Shown: piece after piece, positions 25,917 through 38,657 of the stretch
Layout: each line of letters starts with the position of its first letter
Numbering within the stretch: the stretch's first letter is position 1
Assembly: GCF_003334405.1 (NCBI RefSeq)
Contig: NZ_QOWM01000002.1
DNA: 64,000 nucleotides
Source: Escherichia coli
Lineage (GTDB): Bacteria > Pseudomonadota > Gammaproteobacteria > Enterobacterales > Enterobacteriaceae
Direction: 5' to 3' (one strand)
The notes under the pieces: model-generated
Told to the model about the DNA's origin: nothing
Seen by the model: the letters and a program-made list of their open reading frames with translations, nothing else
Databases searched by the model: none
Position numbers and translations under genes: made by a program

Positions 25917-26413
25917 TTCGAGTAGAAATTCCCATTGATGCGCCGGGTATTGATGCCCTGCTGCGTCGCTCATTCGAAAGTGATGCGGAAGCGAAGCTGG
26001 TTCACGATCTGCGTGAAGATGGCTTTCTGACGCTGGGGCTGGTGGCGACAGATGACGAAGGTCAGGTCATTGGCTATGTGGCATTTAGTCCGGTTGATGT
26101 GCAGGGCGAAGACCTGCAATGGGTCGGCATGGCACCGTTGGCGGTTGATGAAAAATACCGTGGACAGGGGCTGGCACGCCAACTGGTCTATGAAGGACTC
26201 GATTCGCTTAATGAGTTCGGCTATGCCGCAGTGGTGACGCTGGGCGATCCGGCGCTGTACAGTCGTTTCGGCTTTGAACTGGCGGCGCATCACGATCTGC
26301 GTTGCCGCTGGCCGGGCACTGAAAGCGCCTTCCAGGTACATCGTTTAGCGGATGACGCGCTGAATGGCGTTACCGGCCTGGTTGAGTATCACGAGCATTT
26401 CAATCGCTTTTAA
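25910..26413 (+). CDS. yhbS: GNAT-family N-acetyltransferase
   Basis: 167-aa ORF; acetyl-CoA-binding-like [11 protein letters not shown]; overlaps ubiT by 7 nt. Confidence 0.85.
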
Positions 26414-26702
26414 TCTCCGGGGTTTGCAGACTGCTTAACAGCTCTGCAAACCCTGCGCCTTCCGCTACCAGACGCTCTTTTTGCCGTTTGGTCAGTTGCT
26501 TAACGCGATATTCCGCCCGTAACGCCAGCGAACGATCGCCCACTGGCGCGGAAAACACCAGCGTTAGTTCTCCTTTCCCGCGCAGTGCTTTCGCCCCTTT
26601 GCCGCTTTGGTGCTGCTGATAGCGGCGTTCGACATCCGTGGTGATCCCGGTATAAAGCTTATTGTCGGCGGTACGGATCAAGTAAAGAAACCAGGGTGTC
26701 AT
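26400..26702 (-). CDS. yhbQ: GIY-YIG nuclease-superfamily protein
   Basis: 100-aa ORF; GIY-YIG-like [25 protein letters not shown]; 3' end overlaps the yhbS 3' end by 14 nt. Confidence 0.85.
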   Translation of the reverse strand: MTPWFLYLIRTADNKLYTGITTDVERRYQQHQSGKGAKALRGKGELTLVFSAPVGDRSLALRAEYRVKQLTKRQKERLVAEGAGFAELLSSLQTPEIKSD

Positions 26703-26752
26703 CGTCTGCGTCGCATGTTAAGGTCAGGCCCACAGTATAAAAGAGAACAGCA

Positions 26753-27175
26753 ATGGAAACACTCATCGCCATCAGCCGTTGGCTGGCAAAACAACATGTT
26801 GTCACTTGGTGTGTGCAGCAGGAAGGGGAACTCTGGTGCGCTAATGCCTTTTATCTTTTTGATGCGCAGAAAGTCGCCTTCTACATTTTGACGGAAGAAA
26901 AAACGCGCCACGCGCAGATGAGTGGGCCGCAGGCTGCGGTTGCCGGAACGGTAAACGGTCAGCCGAAAACGGTAGCGTTAATTCGCGGTGTGCAGTTTAA
27001 AGGTGAGATCCGCAGGCTGGAAGGTGAGGAAAGCGACCTCGCGCGCAAGGCGTACAATCGTCGCTTTCCGGTTGCCAGAATGCTGTCGGCCCCGGTGTGG
27101 GAAATCCGGCTCGATGAAATCAAATTCACCGACAACACGCTGGGCTTTGGTAAAAAAATGATTTGGCTACGCGAC

Positions 27176-27196
<21 letters not shown>
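26753..27196 (+). CDS. yhbP: UPF0306 / PNPOx-like FMN-binding fold protein
   Basis: 147-aa ORF; fold assignment recalled, not verified. Confidence 0.78.
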
Positions 27197-27768
<572 letters not shown>

Positions 27769-27769
27769 A

Positions 27770-28457
<688 letters not shown>

Positions 28458-28529
28458 TTATTCCCAAGAATTGATAGTGAGCGTAATATTCACGCGCTCA
28501 ATTATCATAACTTATTCCTGGGGAATGCT

Positions 28530-29570
28530 ATGACTGGTCAGTCTTCATCTCAGGCGGCAACGCCCATTCACTGGTGGAAACCCGCGCTTTTCTTTCTCGT
28601 TGTCATTGCCGGTCTCTGGTATGTGAAATGGGAACCTTACTACGGCAAAGCGTTTACTGCTGCCGAAACCCACAGTATCGGTAAATCTATCCTTGCGCAG
28701 GCGGATGCTAACCCATGGCAGGCGGCGTTGGATTACGCGATGATCTATTTCCTCGCGGTATGGAAAGCGGCGGTGCTGGGGGTGATCCTCGGTTCGTTGA
28801 TTCAGGTGCTGATCCCGCGTGACTGGTTGTTGCGTACGCTTGGGCAATCGCGCTTTCGCGGCACGCTGCTGGGAACGCTGTTTTCGTTGCCGGGCATGAT
28901 GTGTACCTGCTGTGCGGCTCCGGTCGCGGCGGGAATGCGTCGCCAACAGGTGTCGATGGGCGGTGCGCTGGCATTCTGGATGGGCAATCCGGTGTTAAAC
29001 CCGGCGACGCTGGTGTTTATGGGCTTTGTCCTCGGCTGGGGTTTTGCGGCGATTCGTCTGGTGGCCGGGCTGGTGATGGTGTTGCTGATTGCGACGCTGG
29101 TGCAAAAATGGGTGCGTGAAACACCGCAAACGCAGGCACCGGTCGAAATTGACATACCGGAAGCACAGGGCGGGTTTTTTAGCCGCTGGGGCAGGGCGCT
29201 ATGGACGCTTTTCTGGAGTACGATCCCGGTTTACATCCTTGCAGTACTGGTGTTGGGTGCCGCTCGCGTCTGGTTATTCCCCCATGCCGATGGTGCTGTC
29301 GATAACAGCCTGATGTGGGTGGTGGCGATGGCGGTAGCAGGATGCTTGTTTGTCATTCCCACGGCAGCAGAAATTCCGATTGTACAAACGATGATGCTGG
29401 CAGGTATGGGAACCGCTCCGGCGCTGGCATTGTTGATGACGCTCCCGGCAGTGAGTTTGCCGTCACTGATTATGCTGCGCAAAGCGTTCCCGGCGAAAGC
29501 CTTATGGCTGACAGGGGCGATGGTGGCAGTGTCTGGTGTGATTATCGGCGGGCTGGCGCTGTTGTTCTGA
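28530..29570 (+). CDS. yraQ: putative permease (UPF0718 family)
   Basis: 346-aa polytopic membrane ORF with a CxxC pair (MMCTCCAAP). Confidence 0.85.
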   Translation: MTGQSSSQAATPIHWWKPALFFLVVIAGLWYVKWEPYYGKAFTAAETHSIGKSILAQADANPWQAALDYAMIYFLAVWKAAVLGVILGSLIQVLIPRDWLLRTLGQSRFRGTLLGTLFSLPGMMCTCCAAPVAAGMRRQQVSMGGALAFWMGNPVLNPATLVFMGFVLGWGFAAIRLVAGLVMVLLIATLVQKWVRETPQTQAPVEIDIPEAQGGFFSRWGRALWTLFWSTIPVYILAVLVLGAARVWLFPHADGAVDNSLMWVVAMAVAGCLFVIPTAAEIPIVQTMMLAGMGTAPALALLMTLPAVSLPSLIMLRKAFPAKALWLTGAMVAVSGVIIGGLALLF

Positions 29571-29584
29571 TTTGAGGGAAAACA

Positions 29585-29670
29585 TGTCGGATGCGGCGTA
29601 AACGCCTTATCTGACCTACGGTTTGTATCGTTGTAGGCCTGATAAGACGCGGCAAGCGTCGCATCAGGCA
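29585..29670. repeat. REP/BIME palindromic units between yraQ and dolP
   Basis: gtcggatgcggcgtaaacgccttatctgacctac and gtaggcctgataagacgcggcaagcgtcgcatcaggca. Confidence 0.5.
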
Positions 29671-29683
29671 TTACAAGGGGCTG

Positions 29684-30259
29684 CTATTTAATAAACGTAA
29701 ACGCCGTAGTTACCCGCTTCACGCCGCTCACCCGGCTGGCAATATCTGCCGCCGCTTTCGCTTCACGTTCAGTCACCAGCCCCATCAGGAACACTTCACC
29801 GTTTTCGGTGGTCACTTTCACGTTGGACGATTTCACCAGGTCGCTGGTTAAGAGCTGCGAACGCACTTTGGTGGTGATCCACGTATCGTTAGATGCTTCG
29901 CCCAGACCAATCGGCTGGCCCTGACGAATCTCGTTATACACTTCGTTGGCACCGTCTACGCCCATAGCAATCTGTTTGGCGCGAGCCGAAAGTTCAGCAT
30001 TTGGTGACTGCCCAACCAGCAGCACTTTGCCCTGATAGGCCGTTACATTAATGCGCGCTTCTTTCTTAATCTGTTCGTCTTTCGACAATGCGCTGTTCAC
30101 GCGCACTTCCAGGGTACCATCGTCCACCTGGGTGCCGACACTGCGTGGGTCAGTTGCGGCTTTGGTACCCACAGCAGCGGTACCCACTACGGCAGCGGCA
30201 ACACAACCTTGCAACAGCAGCGCGGAAATAAGGACTGCGATTGGCGATAATGCCTTCAT
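29684..30259 (-). CDS. dolP: outer-membrane BON-domain lipoprotein DolP (YraP)
   Basis: 191-aa ORF; lipobox LLLQGC; two BON-like repeats. Confidence 0.9.
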   Translation of the reverse strand: MKALSPIAVLISALLLQGCVAAAVVGTAAVGTKAATDPRSVGTQVDDGTLEVRVNSALSKDEQIKKEARINVTAYQGKVLLVGQSPNAELSARAKQIAMGVDGANEVYNEIRQGQPIGLGEASNDTWITTKVRSQLLTSDLVKSSNVKVTTENGEVFLMGLVTEREAKAAADIASRVSGVKRVTTAFTFIK

Positions 30260-30268
30260 GTATTCTCC

Positions 30269-30859
30269 TTAATCATCCTGGTGAGGGAAAAGCGTGTTAT
30301 CGATCAGATCGCACAGGCAATTTACCGTCAGCATATGCATTTCCTGAATGCGAGCACTACGATGCGAAGGAATGCGGATCTCCACATCCTGTGGCCCTAA
30401 CAAACCTGCAAGTTCGCCGCCGTCATAGCCGGTCAATGCCACAATGGTCATATCACGCGTAACGGCGGCTTCAACTGCTTTAACAATATCGCGGCTGTTG
30501 CCACGGGTGGAAATGGCTAACAATACATCTCCCGCATGACCCAGCGCCCGCACCTGTTTTGCATACACTTCATCATGTAAGCGATCGTTGGCAATCGCCG
30601 TTAAGACAACATTATCAGTATTTAGTGCAATGGCAGGTAAGCTGGGCCGCTCCGTTTCGAAACGGTTGATCATGCTGGCAGCAAAATGCTGTGCATTGGC
30701 AGCGGAAGTTCCATTACCACAACAGAGGATTTTGTTGCCATTGAGCAGAGACTGAACCAGCGTCATGGCTGCACGGGAGATGGCATCCGGAAGCGCCTCT
30801 GCCGCCGCAATTTGAGTTTGAATGCTTTCAGTGAAGCAAGCTTTAATTCTTTCTTGCAC
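30269..30859 (-). CDS. diaA: DnaA initiator-associating protein DiaA (SIS domain)
   Basis: 196-aa ORF starting [16 protein letters not shown]. Confidence 0.9.
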
Positions 30860-30878
30860 GCTAATCCTTAAACCTTAA

Positions 30879-31274
30879 TTATGAGTGGTCATTAAAGGCA
30901 TCCTTAATCCACTCAACCTCATTCCCGGTGAAGGCTACCACATCGAACCGGCAATCCACAGTATCAAAACTCCCATTATGACGCGCGAGCCACAAGCGGG
31001 CAGTCTGTAATAATTTGTGTTGTTTGCTGCGGGTCACACTGGCTGCCGCGCCGCCATAAAGCGCAGAGCGGCGATAGCGTACCTCGACAAAAATGGTGGT
31101 CCGGCCTTCACGCATTATCAGATCGATCTCGCCGCCACGCTCGTTCACGTTAGCGGCGATAAACCGCAGTCCTTTGCCTTCCAGCCAGCGACGCGCTTGT
31201 GCTTCCCACGCATCGCCGGTCTGTTTGGTGGTTAACTGACGGGGACTACCTGACCTTGTTGGTACTGTAGCCAT
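30879..31274 (-). CDS. yraN: UPF0102-family protein (restriction-endonuclease-like fold)
   Basis: 131-aa ORF; its 5' end overlaps the lpoA 3' end by 43 nt. Confidence 0.85.
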   Translation of the reverse strand: MATVPTRSGSPRQLTTKQTGDAWEAQARRWLEGKGLRFIAANVNERGGEIDLIMREGRTTIFVEVRYRRSALYGGAAASVTRSKQHKLLQTARLWLARHNGSFDTVDCRFDVVAFTGNEVEWIKDAFNDHS

Positions 31275-33268
31275 GATAAGTTCCTGTTAATCACGCAATC
31301 CGGGTTAGCCGTCAGGCTTCCGGTATTACCGTTGATTTCAAAACCCTGAACCTGGCGCATTTGTGAGAAATGATTTGCCAGCGACCAGGCATCGACGCCC
31401 ATCGCATACATGCGAGCCAGTGAATAATCGTTATTCACCGCGCTGAGTGCCTGCTGCATTAACGGTAGATTACCGCCTGCCAGCATCGGGATTTCGCTGT
31501 ACTGCAAGCCTTCCATCTCCAGTCGGAAATCCGGGCCAGCGGTCCCTTGCGCACTGCGGGAGCTGGCGTACAGCGTTGCACCGCTCTGGCTACCGTTACG
31601 CATGGCGATCATCGGTTTGATAAAAGCGATTTCACCCGGCGTTGCCACAATGTACACCGCATCGACACGACCGCCATTATTGGTGAACTGGTCATCGGTT
31701 GGCGTGGTTTGCAGCGTTGGATTGTTGGTCGTCATGCCGGAGTCGGTTGTCGCTCTGAGAGTAATCGGGCTACCCGTTAAAGCAATACCAGAACCGCCGT
31801 TAACACCCGCGCGTAATTCGCTGGTGGAACCAAATTTTTGTTGCAGAACGGTGCCGCCGCCCAGTTTCTGCCACTCTTGCGCAAACGCATTGGCTACGCG
31901 ATCGCCCAATGAACTGCGTGGGATCAGCACCAGCGGCGCTTGTTTACCCTGGTCACGAATATGACGCGCTGCATCGCGCGCTTCGTCTTCCGGTGAAAGC
32001 GCGAAGTAACAAATATTGACGCGATTTTCGATATTCTCCGGCTGGTTCAGTGCCAGTACGTTCAGCGGAGTGTTGCTCTTCAGCAACTCTTCAACGTTAT
32101 TTTTCAGCAACGGACCGACCACAATACTCGCGCCATCCTGCTGAACCTGGCTTAAGATCTGGCTAAGTGGTTGTGATGAGGTATCGTAGATTTTCAGCTC
32201 TGCGGATGGATTTGCGGGTGCGCTTACCGCTGCGGTGCTTGTCGCCGGGGCGCTTACAGGCACCGGCTGGGCTGCAGGCTGTTCACCGGTCAGATCGCTA
32301 ACCGAGGCTTGTGCCGGGCTGGCAACGCCATCCACGGTTTGCGGCTGAGGTTGTTCAGCTACGTCTGCGGCAGGTGCGGCAGCTACCTGAGCTGCCACTG
32401 GCTGAGTGCCGATATTTTTCGCCGCTTCAAAGCCTTGCTGAATAGTGCGACCAAATACCGCTGCCTGGCCATTCAGTGGCAACAGCAGGGCGATTTTGTT
32501 GGTCGAGGCTGGTTTAAACGCTTTTACGTTAACCAACTGCGTTGGCAGCATTTTCGCGCCCGGATTGTTCGGATAACGTTTCTGCCAGTCGGCGATCCCG
32601 GCTTTCATCATGTCGGGATCGTTACGGTTATCAAACCAGACGCGCTGCAGATCCAGCCAGCCTTGCAGAATATTTTCGTCGGCGTTGATCACCAGCGTAT
32701 TCGCCTGTTCCTGAGTCATGGAGGAGAGCGCCTGCCAGGTGGCATCAATATTCTGCTGTTTTTCTTTCGCGCCAAGCAGCGGTTCCTGAGCAATTAACGC
32801 GCGCAGTAAATCAATGGAAGGACGCCCCTGGCTGGCATCGATTTTTGCCTGCCAGTAACGCGCTTGCTGGTTTTGTTCTAAATCGGCAGGTGTGATTTTC
32901 GCCAGCAAGTTTTGCGCGCCAGCAAAATCTTTCTGCGCCAGTTTAATCTCTACCGCCAGCAGTGTTTTCTCGCGACGCTGAGCATCGTTCAGTTCTTGCG
33001 GTAGTTGGTTAAACAACTCAACCGCCTGCCCGGTTTTACCTTCTTTCACCAGTGCACGAATGGCGAGTAATTGCCAGTTGATCCTGGTATCATCAGAGCT
33101 TTGCTGCATCTGCTGAAGATAAAAGGCAGAATCAGCCTGCGCCGTGCCCTGCATATAAGCAGTGGACTGATCGGGAGTATGGGTGCCACAACCGGCGAAA
33201 ATCAGGGCTGCCAGAACAACAGGCAGACAACGCGCGGCTTTCAAACGAGAAAATGTTGAGGGTACCAT
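31232..33268 (-). CDS. lpoA: outer-membrane lipoprotein LpoA, activator of PBP1A
   Basis: Track ORF 31232..33298 trimmed to [27 protein letters not shown] (lipobox); TPR-like N domain; Ala/Pro/Gln-rich linker. Confidence 0.88.
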   Translation of the reverse strand: MVPSTFSRLKAARCLPVVLAALIFAGCGTHTPDQSTAYMQGTAQADSAFYLQQMQQSSDDTRINWQLLAIRALVKEGKTGQAVELFNQLPQELNDAQRREKTLLAVEIKLAQKDFAGAQNLLAKITPADLEQNQQARYWQAKIDASQGRPSIDLLRALIAQEPLLGAKEKQQNIDATWQALSSMTQEQANTLVINADENILQGWLDLQRVWFDNRNDPDMMKAGIADWQKRYPNNPGAKMLPTQLVNVKAFKPASTNKIALLLPLNGQAAVFGRTIQQGFEAAKNIGTQPVAAQVAAAPAADVAEQPQPQTVDGVASPAQASVSDLTGEQPAAQPVPVSAPATSTAAVSAPANPSAELKIYDTSSQPLSQILSQVQQDGASIVVGPLLKNNVEELLKSNTPLNVLALNQPENIENRVNICYFALSPEDEARDAARHIRDQGKQAPLVLIPRSSLGDRVANAFAQEWQKLGGGTVLQQKFGSTSELRAGVNGGSGIALTGSPITLRATTDSGMTTNNPTLQTTPTDDQFTNNGGRVDAVYIVATPGEIAFIKPMIAMRNGSQSGATLYASSRSAQGTAGPDFRLEMEGLQYSEIPMLAGGNLPLMQQALSAVNNDYSLARMYAMGVDAWSLANHFSQMRQVQGFEINGNTGSLTANPDCVINRNLSWLQYQQGQVVPVS

Positions 33269-33332
33269 AATGTATCCAGTGATATTTTTTTTACGCAATG
33301 CTCAATATTAAATCGGCAATACGGACGACACA

Positions 33333-34193
33333 ATGAAACAACACCAATCGGCGGATAATTCTCAGGGCCAGCTTTACATTGTACCGACGCCAATCGGCAA
33401 TCTGGCGGATATCACCCAGCGTGCGTTAGAGGTATTACAGGCCGTTGATCTGATTGCCGCCGAGGATACTCGTCACACCGGTTTATTGCTGCAACATTTT
33501 GGGATTAATGCCCGGTTGTTTGCGCTGCACGACCATAACGAACAACAAAAAGCTGAAACGCTGCTGGCGAAGCTGCAAGAGGGGCAAAACATTGCGCTGG
33601 TTTCCGATGCCGGAACGCCGCTAATTAACGATCCTGGCTACCATCTGGTGCGTACCTGCCGTGAAGCGGGGATCCGCGTGGTGCCGCTACCCGGGCCGTG
33701 TGCTGCTATCACTGCGTTAAGCGCAGCGGGTTTACCCTCTGACCGTTTCTGTTACGAAGGCTTTTTACCTGCCAAATCAAAAGGCCGCCGTGATGCGCTA
33801 AAAGCCATTGAAGCGGAGCCGCGCACGCTGATTTTTTATGAATCTACCCACCGTCTGTTAGATAGCCTGGAAGATATCGTTGCGGTATTAGGCGAATCCC
33901 GCTACGTGGTTCTGGCGCGTGAGCTGACCAAAACCTGGGAAACCATTCACGGCGCGCCCGTTGGCGAGCTGCTGGCGTGGGTAAAGGAAGATGAAAACCG
34001 TCGCAAAGGCGAAATGGTGCTGATTGTCGAAGGTCATAAAGCACAGGAAGAAGACTTACCCGCCGATGCCCTGCGCACGCTGGCGCTGCTACAGGCAGAA
34101 CTGCCGCTGAAAAAAGCGGCGGCGCTGGCCGCAGAAATTCACGGCGTGAAGAAAAATGCGCTGTATAAGTATGCGCTGGAGCAGCAGGGGTAA
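33333..34193 (+). CDS. rsmI: 16S rRNA (cytidine1402-2'-O)-methyltransferase
   Basis: 286-aa ORF; motif [14 protein letters not shown]; divergent from lpoA. Confidence 0.92.
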
Positions 34194-34202
34194 CAGTGCC
34201 GA

Positions 34203-34240
34203 AGCGTTGCGTTAATCAAAACGCAACGTCTTCTTTTACC
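34203..34240. terminator. Hairpin between convergent rsmI and yraK (possible bidirectional terminator)
   Basis: aaGCGTTGCGTTaatcaaAACGCAACGtcttctttt. Confidence 0.4.
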
Positions 34241-35327
34241 GCACGATGACGGTAATGGTGGCTGTGCCCTGAAATTTTCCTGTTTCCAGCTCACCACCGA
34301 CCAGATTAACTGGCCAGGCGCGCATATTGACGGTGCCATGCCCGGAAGGATCAACGGGAAGGATACCGTTCTGAAAAGGAATATTTGCAACTCCGCCGCC
34401 GAGATTTTCAATACGAATACCGACATCGGGCACATTGTCTGAACTTCTTCGCCTGGCGACCAGGTTGTACTGGTCTACTACCCCAGTTGTACCGTCGATG
34501 CGCATTTGCAACGAGTTTTTAATCTTTGAAGTATCACCACAGTCATAAGTGATATCAAAGTCTACTGGAGTAAAACCGTCTGGCATGGCATTGCGGGTGG
34601 TAAACTTCTGACCATTGATGAATCCAAAATTAACCTTAATAACATCGCCCTGATTAATTTTGCACGACTGTGGGGCGGTGAGATTTCCCTGAATCGATAA
34701 CTTGACTAAATCATGGAAGTCACCTGTAGACGGGCTTCCCATTCCATCGACCCACGCGCCTTTAATGACGGCAATATCCGTTTTCGGAATGGTCATCGAG
34801 CCGAGAAATGGCTTGGTGACATACAGGGTAAAGGTGGTGTTCGCACCAATATTAACGGGTCCATAACGAGACGTATCACCCTGGCAAACACCCGTTTGGG
34901 TTGCAGCAGAATATACCGTGTTGTTTTTTATCTGTGTGAATCGGGTGTTAACAGAGACAACCTGGTCGGTTGTGAGTCCTGGAATGTCGTTTGCCTGTAA
35001 TGTGGTTTTAATATCCAGGCTGTCATTGAGTTTGTAATATCCTGTCTGATGTCCAGTGGTGGTAAGTACGGGGCTGACCATATAGACAAGTTTAACTGCC
35101 TTACCCGCAGAGCAGGAACAGGCGTATTGCCAGTTAGTGCTACTTAGCGTTGCAGAGGTAAACTCCCGTCCTGTCACGTTATCTGTCTGGTTCACCGTAA
35201 CATCATCAACCACACTGCTGTAATTTGTCGCACCGCTAGTGCTGTCGGCTCCACACCCTCCTGAGGAGGCATAAGCGCAGGATGTGGATATCAACAAAAG
35301 ACCTGTTATAAGAGGCGCTCTTTTCAT
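34236..35327 (-). CDS. yraK: fimbrial adhesin-like protein of chaperone-usher fimbriae
   Basis: Track ORF 34236..35585 trimmed to MKRAPLITGLLLISTSCAYA (signal peptide); last gene after the usher. Confidence 0.8.
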   Translation of the reverse strand: MKRAPLITGLLLISTSCAYASSGGCGADSTSGATNYSSVVDDVTVNQTDNVTGREFTSATLSSTNWQYACSCSAGKAVKLVYMVSPVLTTTGHQTGYYKLNDSLDIKTTLQANDIPGLTTDQVVSVNTRFTQIKNNTVYSAATQTGVCQGDTSRYGPVNIGANTTFTLYVTKPFLGSMTIPKTDIAVIKGAWVDGMGSPSTGDFHDLVKLSIQGNLTAPQSCKINQGDVIKVNFGFINGQKFTTRNAMPDGFTPVDFDITYDCGDTSKIKNSLQMRIDGTTGVVDQYNLVARRRSSDNVPDVGIRIENLGGGVANIPFQNGILPVDPSGHGTVNMRAWPVNLVGGELETGKFQGTATITVIVR

Positions 35328-35337
35328 TTTTTTATCC

Positions 35338-37854
35338 TTAATGGCACTGCGCTGTGCCTTGTAATACAGAGGTTGTAGGTTCTGAATCCGGTGTACTGAA
35401 AGCAAACTGACATTGTTGATCTGCCTGATTTCCCCAGCGTACAGTCCAGCTTTGTGATTTACTCGATATCCCAGAGAGATATAGTATGCCGCCCTCATCG
35501 ACGATACTTTGTTGCCCTGTATCATCGTTGCTGGCAAGAGCGCCAAAGGGCAACGGTTTACCGTTGCGATCGCTGACTGTAACAAGTACGCGATAACCGA
35601 TATTGGCGTTGAAACGCGCCGCTACCATTGCACCTCTGTTGGGCACCACAAACTGTGTTGTTTGTTCAAGATCGACGTTATCGGGCAGCTGCGTAGTATC
35701 TACCGAGAGACGGTTTTCCTGATAAGTTGTGAGATAAGGAACCACTGCATAGCCAAAAGGATCGGTAGCAATCCCCGGATAGTTTTGTATCCTCACGCCA
35801 GATGCTCCGTTAGCATCGATAAGCGCAAAAGCGTTGCCCAGATATTGCGAGAGCGTCACGCCATGAGGATGGATAACCACGCCGCCGGTAACGCCGTAAT
35901 TGTATTGGCTGCTGTCATTACCGTAGCTGTATCCGGCACTGAAGGTGCCATAAGGTGAACGGTAACTGGCGTTCAGGCTACTGTTATGGTTGTTATCGTC
36001 ATCCAGACTTTGTTCCAGGCTATAGCTCAGGCGACCATCATCCAGCAGTGAGCCATCAAGACGCATTTCATGTTGGGTTGGGCGATCTTTCTGGCTGGTC
36101 ATCTGATAGGAAACCCGGCTACGCGGTAACCAGCGTTCTAACGGAATACTGAGATTCAAAGAGAGTGCGCGGTCATTATTTTGATCAGTGTAGCGGCTGT
36201 ATTGATAATTCAGGCTGTAACCAACTCCCCATTGCTGGCCGGAAACCCCAACAGAGATATTCCTGTTTTTATCGTTATTGCCCCAATAGTCTTGCTGCGA
36301 ACCGGAGGCATACAGACTTACCCCATCAAATATTGTCTGGCTGATGTTGAATTGAATTTCACTTTTTTGGCGACTGTTATAGTCCCAATTGCGGGTATTG
36401 GCTTCATTAAAACTAAAATAGCCATCGTTGGTATAGCGATAGTAGCTGACAGCGATATTGGTGTTGGTTTCCGGGATATCTTTGATGTACTGCGTACGCC
36501 ATTGATAGCCATGAAAAGAGTGCTGGTTATCGAATTGGGTGTCAGCTCTGTTGATATCCATCGACAACGCGCCCAGTGCGCCAAGTGTGCCGCCGATACC
36601 GATCCCCAGCGCATAATAATCTTCAGAACCGAGCAGGCCGCCATACAGCGTAAAAGTATTATTCAAACCATATATTGCCGTGGCTTCAGCAAATTCGGGT
36701 TCCTTGCTATCACTGTTTGCATCAGCGCGATAGCGTCCAGCGGTCGCGCTATACTTTAGATGCCCAGGTCGCTGCATCATGGGTAATGAAGAATAAGGCT
36801 GGATAAAGCGACGTTGTGTACCGTCACTTTCTTCAATCGTGACTTCTAAATCGCCGCTGTTGGAAGAGGGGTAGAGATCGTTAATTTCAAAGGCACCCGC
36901 TGACACGTTGCTTTGATAGATCACATAACCATTTTGCCTGATAGTCACGATTGCACTACTGTTTGCGATACCGCGTACCGTTGGGGCAAATCCGCGCTGG
37001 CTGTTTGGCAACATATTATCGTCGGAAGCGAGTTGCACGCCAGTAAAGGTGTAGCTGGAAAAAATACTGCCGCTGGTGGCGCTTTCTCCCAGAAGCAACT
37101 GAGACTTCAACGCCTTGATATCACGTTGTAAATAACTACTGATGGTATTCCAGCTTGATGTCTGATCGTTGCGTGTCCATGTGGAATAGTTGCGTAATCG
37201 CCAGGGGCCAAAATTAGCACCATTTTGCATATTCAGGTACTGTCGTTGGCTACGATTGCCCTGGCGGTAACGGTTATCAGAACCTGTAAACGAGTAGTTG
37301 GTAAACAGCGTTGGTATACCATCGTCCCAACGAGAAGGGGAGACGTAACCTCTTGCATCACGGTACAGTGCAATTTGGGGAATGCTCAAATTAAGTTGCT
37401 GATGATTGAAATCAAATTCAGCAGCTGTACCGGGAATGATTTGTTCAAGCGAGTTGATCACGCTATCGTCATCTTTTTCAGCCAGCGCCGGGATTTCATC
37501 CACCTTAATACCCAGCTCACGTAGTTGTTCTACCGTAAACTGTGGCTGCAGAAGTTGCTCTGCATTGGCGGTAAATGTAATTTTTTTCTGTGAAACCTTC
37601 TTTTTATTCAGCCAGATATCAACCTGATAAGTTCCTGGTAGTTGTGCATATTTTTTTGAAAAACGCGACAGATCGGTTGTTTGCATACCACTTTTTGTGG
37701 TTTCCAGCATAATGGGGTCGAAATAATACTCTTCGGCGTTAGCGGTAGTGCAAAGCATGCCGCTGCCAGTGAGCACCATCGGCAAACAACGTTTGATGAT
37801 GAGCGCCAACTGTTTCGGTGTGCGTTTATGTCCCTGGTGGTGTCGTTGTGGCAT
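35338..37854 (-). CDS. yraJ: fimbrial outer-membrane usher protein
   Basis: Track ORF 35338..37929 trimmed to MPQRHHQGHKRTPKQLALIIKRCLPMVLTGSGMLCTTANA; FimD/PapC-like size. Confidence 0.88.
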   Translation of the reverse strand: MPQRHHQGHKRTPKQLALIIKRCLPMVLTGSGMLCTTANAEEYYFDPIMLETTKSGMQTTDLSRFSKKYAQLPGTYQVDIWLNKKKVSQKKITFTANAEQLLQPQFTVEQLRELGIKVDEIPALAEKDDDSVINSLEQIIPGTAAEFDFNHQQLNLSIPQIALYRDARGYVSPSRWDDGIPTLFTNYSFTGSDNRYRQGNRSQRQYLNMQNGANFGPWRLRNYSTWTRNDQTSSWNTISSYLQRDIKALKSQLLLGESATSGSIFSSYTFTGVQLASDDNMLPNSQRGFAPTVRGIANSSAIVTIRQNGYVIYQSNVSAGAFEINDLYPSSNSGDLEVTIEESDGTQRRFIQPYSSLPMMQRPGHLKYSATAGRYRADANSDSKEPEFAEATAIYGLNNTFTLYGGLLGSEDYYALGIGIGGTLGALGALSMDINRADTQFDNQHSFHGYQWRTQYIKDIPETNTNIAVSYYRYTNDGYFSFNEANTRNWDYNSRQKSEIQFNISQTIFDGVSLYASGSQQDYWGNNDKNRNISVGVSGQQWGVGYSLNYQYSRYTDQNNDRALSLNLSIPLERWLPRSRVSYQMTSQKDRPTQHEMRLDGSLLDDGRLSYSLEQSLDDDNNHNSSLNASYRSPYGTFSAGYSYGNDSSQYNYGVTGGVVIHPHGVTLSQYLGNAFALIDANGASGVRIQNYPGIATDPFGYAVVPYLTTYQENRLSVDTTQLPDNVDLEQTTQFVVPNRGAMVAARFNANIGYRVLVTVSDRNGKPLPFGALASNDDTGQQSIVDEGGILYLSGISSKSQSWTVRWGNQADQQCQFAFSTPDSEPTTSVLQGTAQCH

Positions 37855-37882
37855 TCCCTGATGACCTGTGTTTTTATATTTT

Positions 37883-38578
37883 TTATTGCAGTGGACGAGT
37901 TTCTGTCCCGGAACTGCCGCCATAATCATTGATCGCAGCCCATTTCACGTTCTTTCCGCCAGATGCAGGAAGTGGTAACTGTTTATGTTCTCCGGGCGCG
38001 ATATATTCAATTTTGCTTGTGAGATCGGTTTTATCGACTGCCAGTCCGGCAAATACGACGTAATATTCAGTTGGGTTATATATATTGAGTGAATGGTCAC
38101 TACGTTTAAATTCCAGTGATTTCCACGCATCGTTTACCCGTCCCTTCAGGTGTGCGGGGCGATAAAACATTTTGATCCGTGTTTTAAATACCAGCGTCAA
38201 CTCGTTAGCATTAACATCATCTGATTTTTTCTTTGCTGGAATGGCACGAACATTAATGTAGAACAGCGACTCTTTATTTTCAGGCAGGTTATCAGCTGTT
38301 TTAATAATTCGCAGTGATGAGTCATCGCCAGCCTCAAGACGAAATAGCGGTGGGGTTATAATAAATGGGGCACGGCTTTTACCATCTATATTATCTACCC
38401 ATGATTGCAGTAAATAAGGCGTTTCTGCGCCTTTGTTTGCGACAGGTAACGCAGCCTCTTTGCGGCTGGCATCATAGATCACTCGCGTTCGCTGTAAAAC
38501 GATTCCTCCTGCAAGCGCCTGGCCAATACAGAAGCTACACAACAAGGTTAATATCACCGCGAATGTTCGTTTTGACAT
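37883..38578 (-). CDS. yraI: fimbrial periplasmic chaperone (PapD-like)
   Basis: 231-aa ORF with signal peptide [23 protein letters not shown]. Confidence 0.88.
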
Positions 38579-38657
38579 AGTTATTTTTCAACCTGATACA
38601 ACGAGAAAGAGGAAGGAAAAGGGCGTTATCTGACAGGTCAGATAACGCCCTAACGTA

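Noticed and set aside
35328-35585. N-terminal 86-codon extension of the yraK track ORF overlapping the usher gene
   Set aside because: The extension lacks a signal peptide and overlaps yraJ; the internal Met followed by a signal peptide is the credible start.
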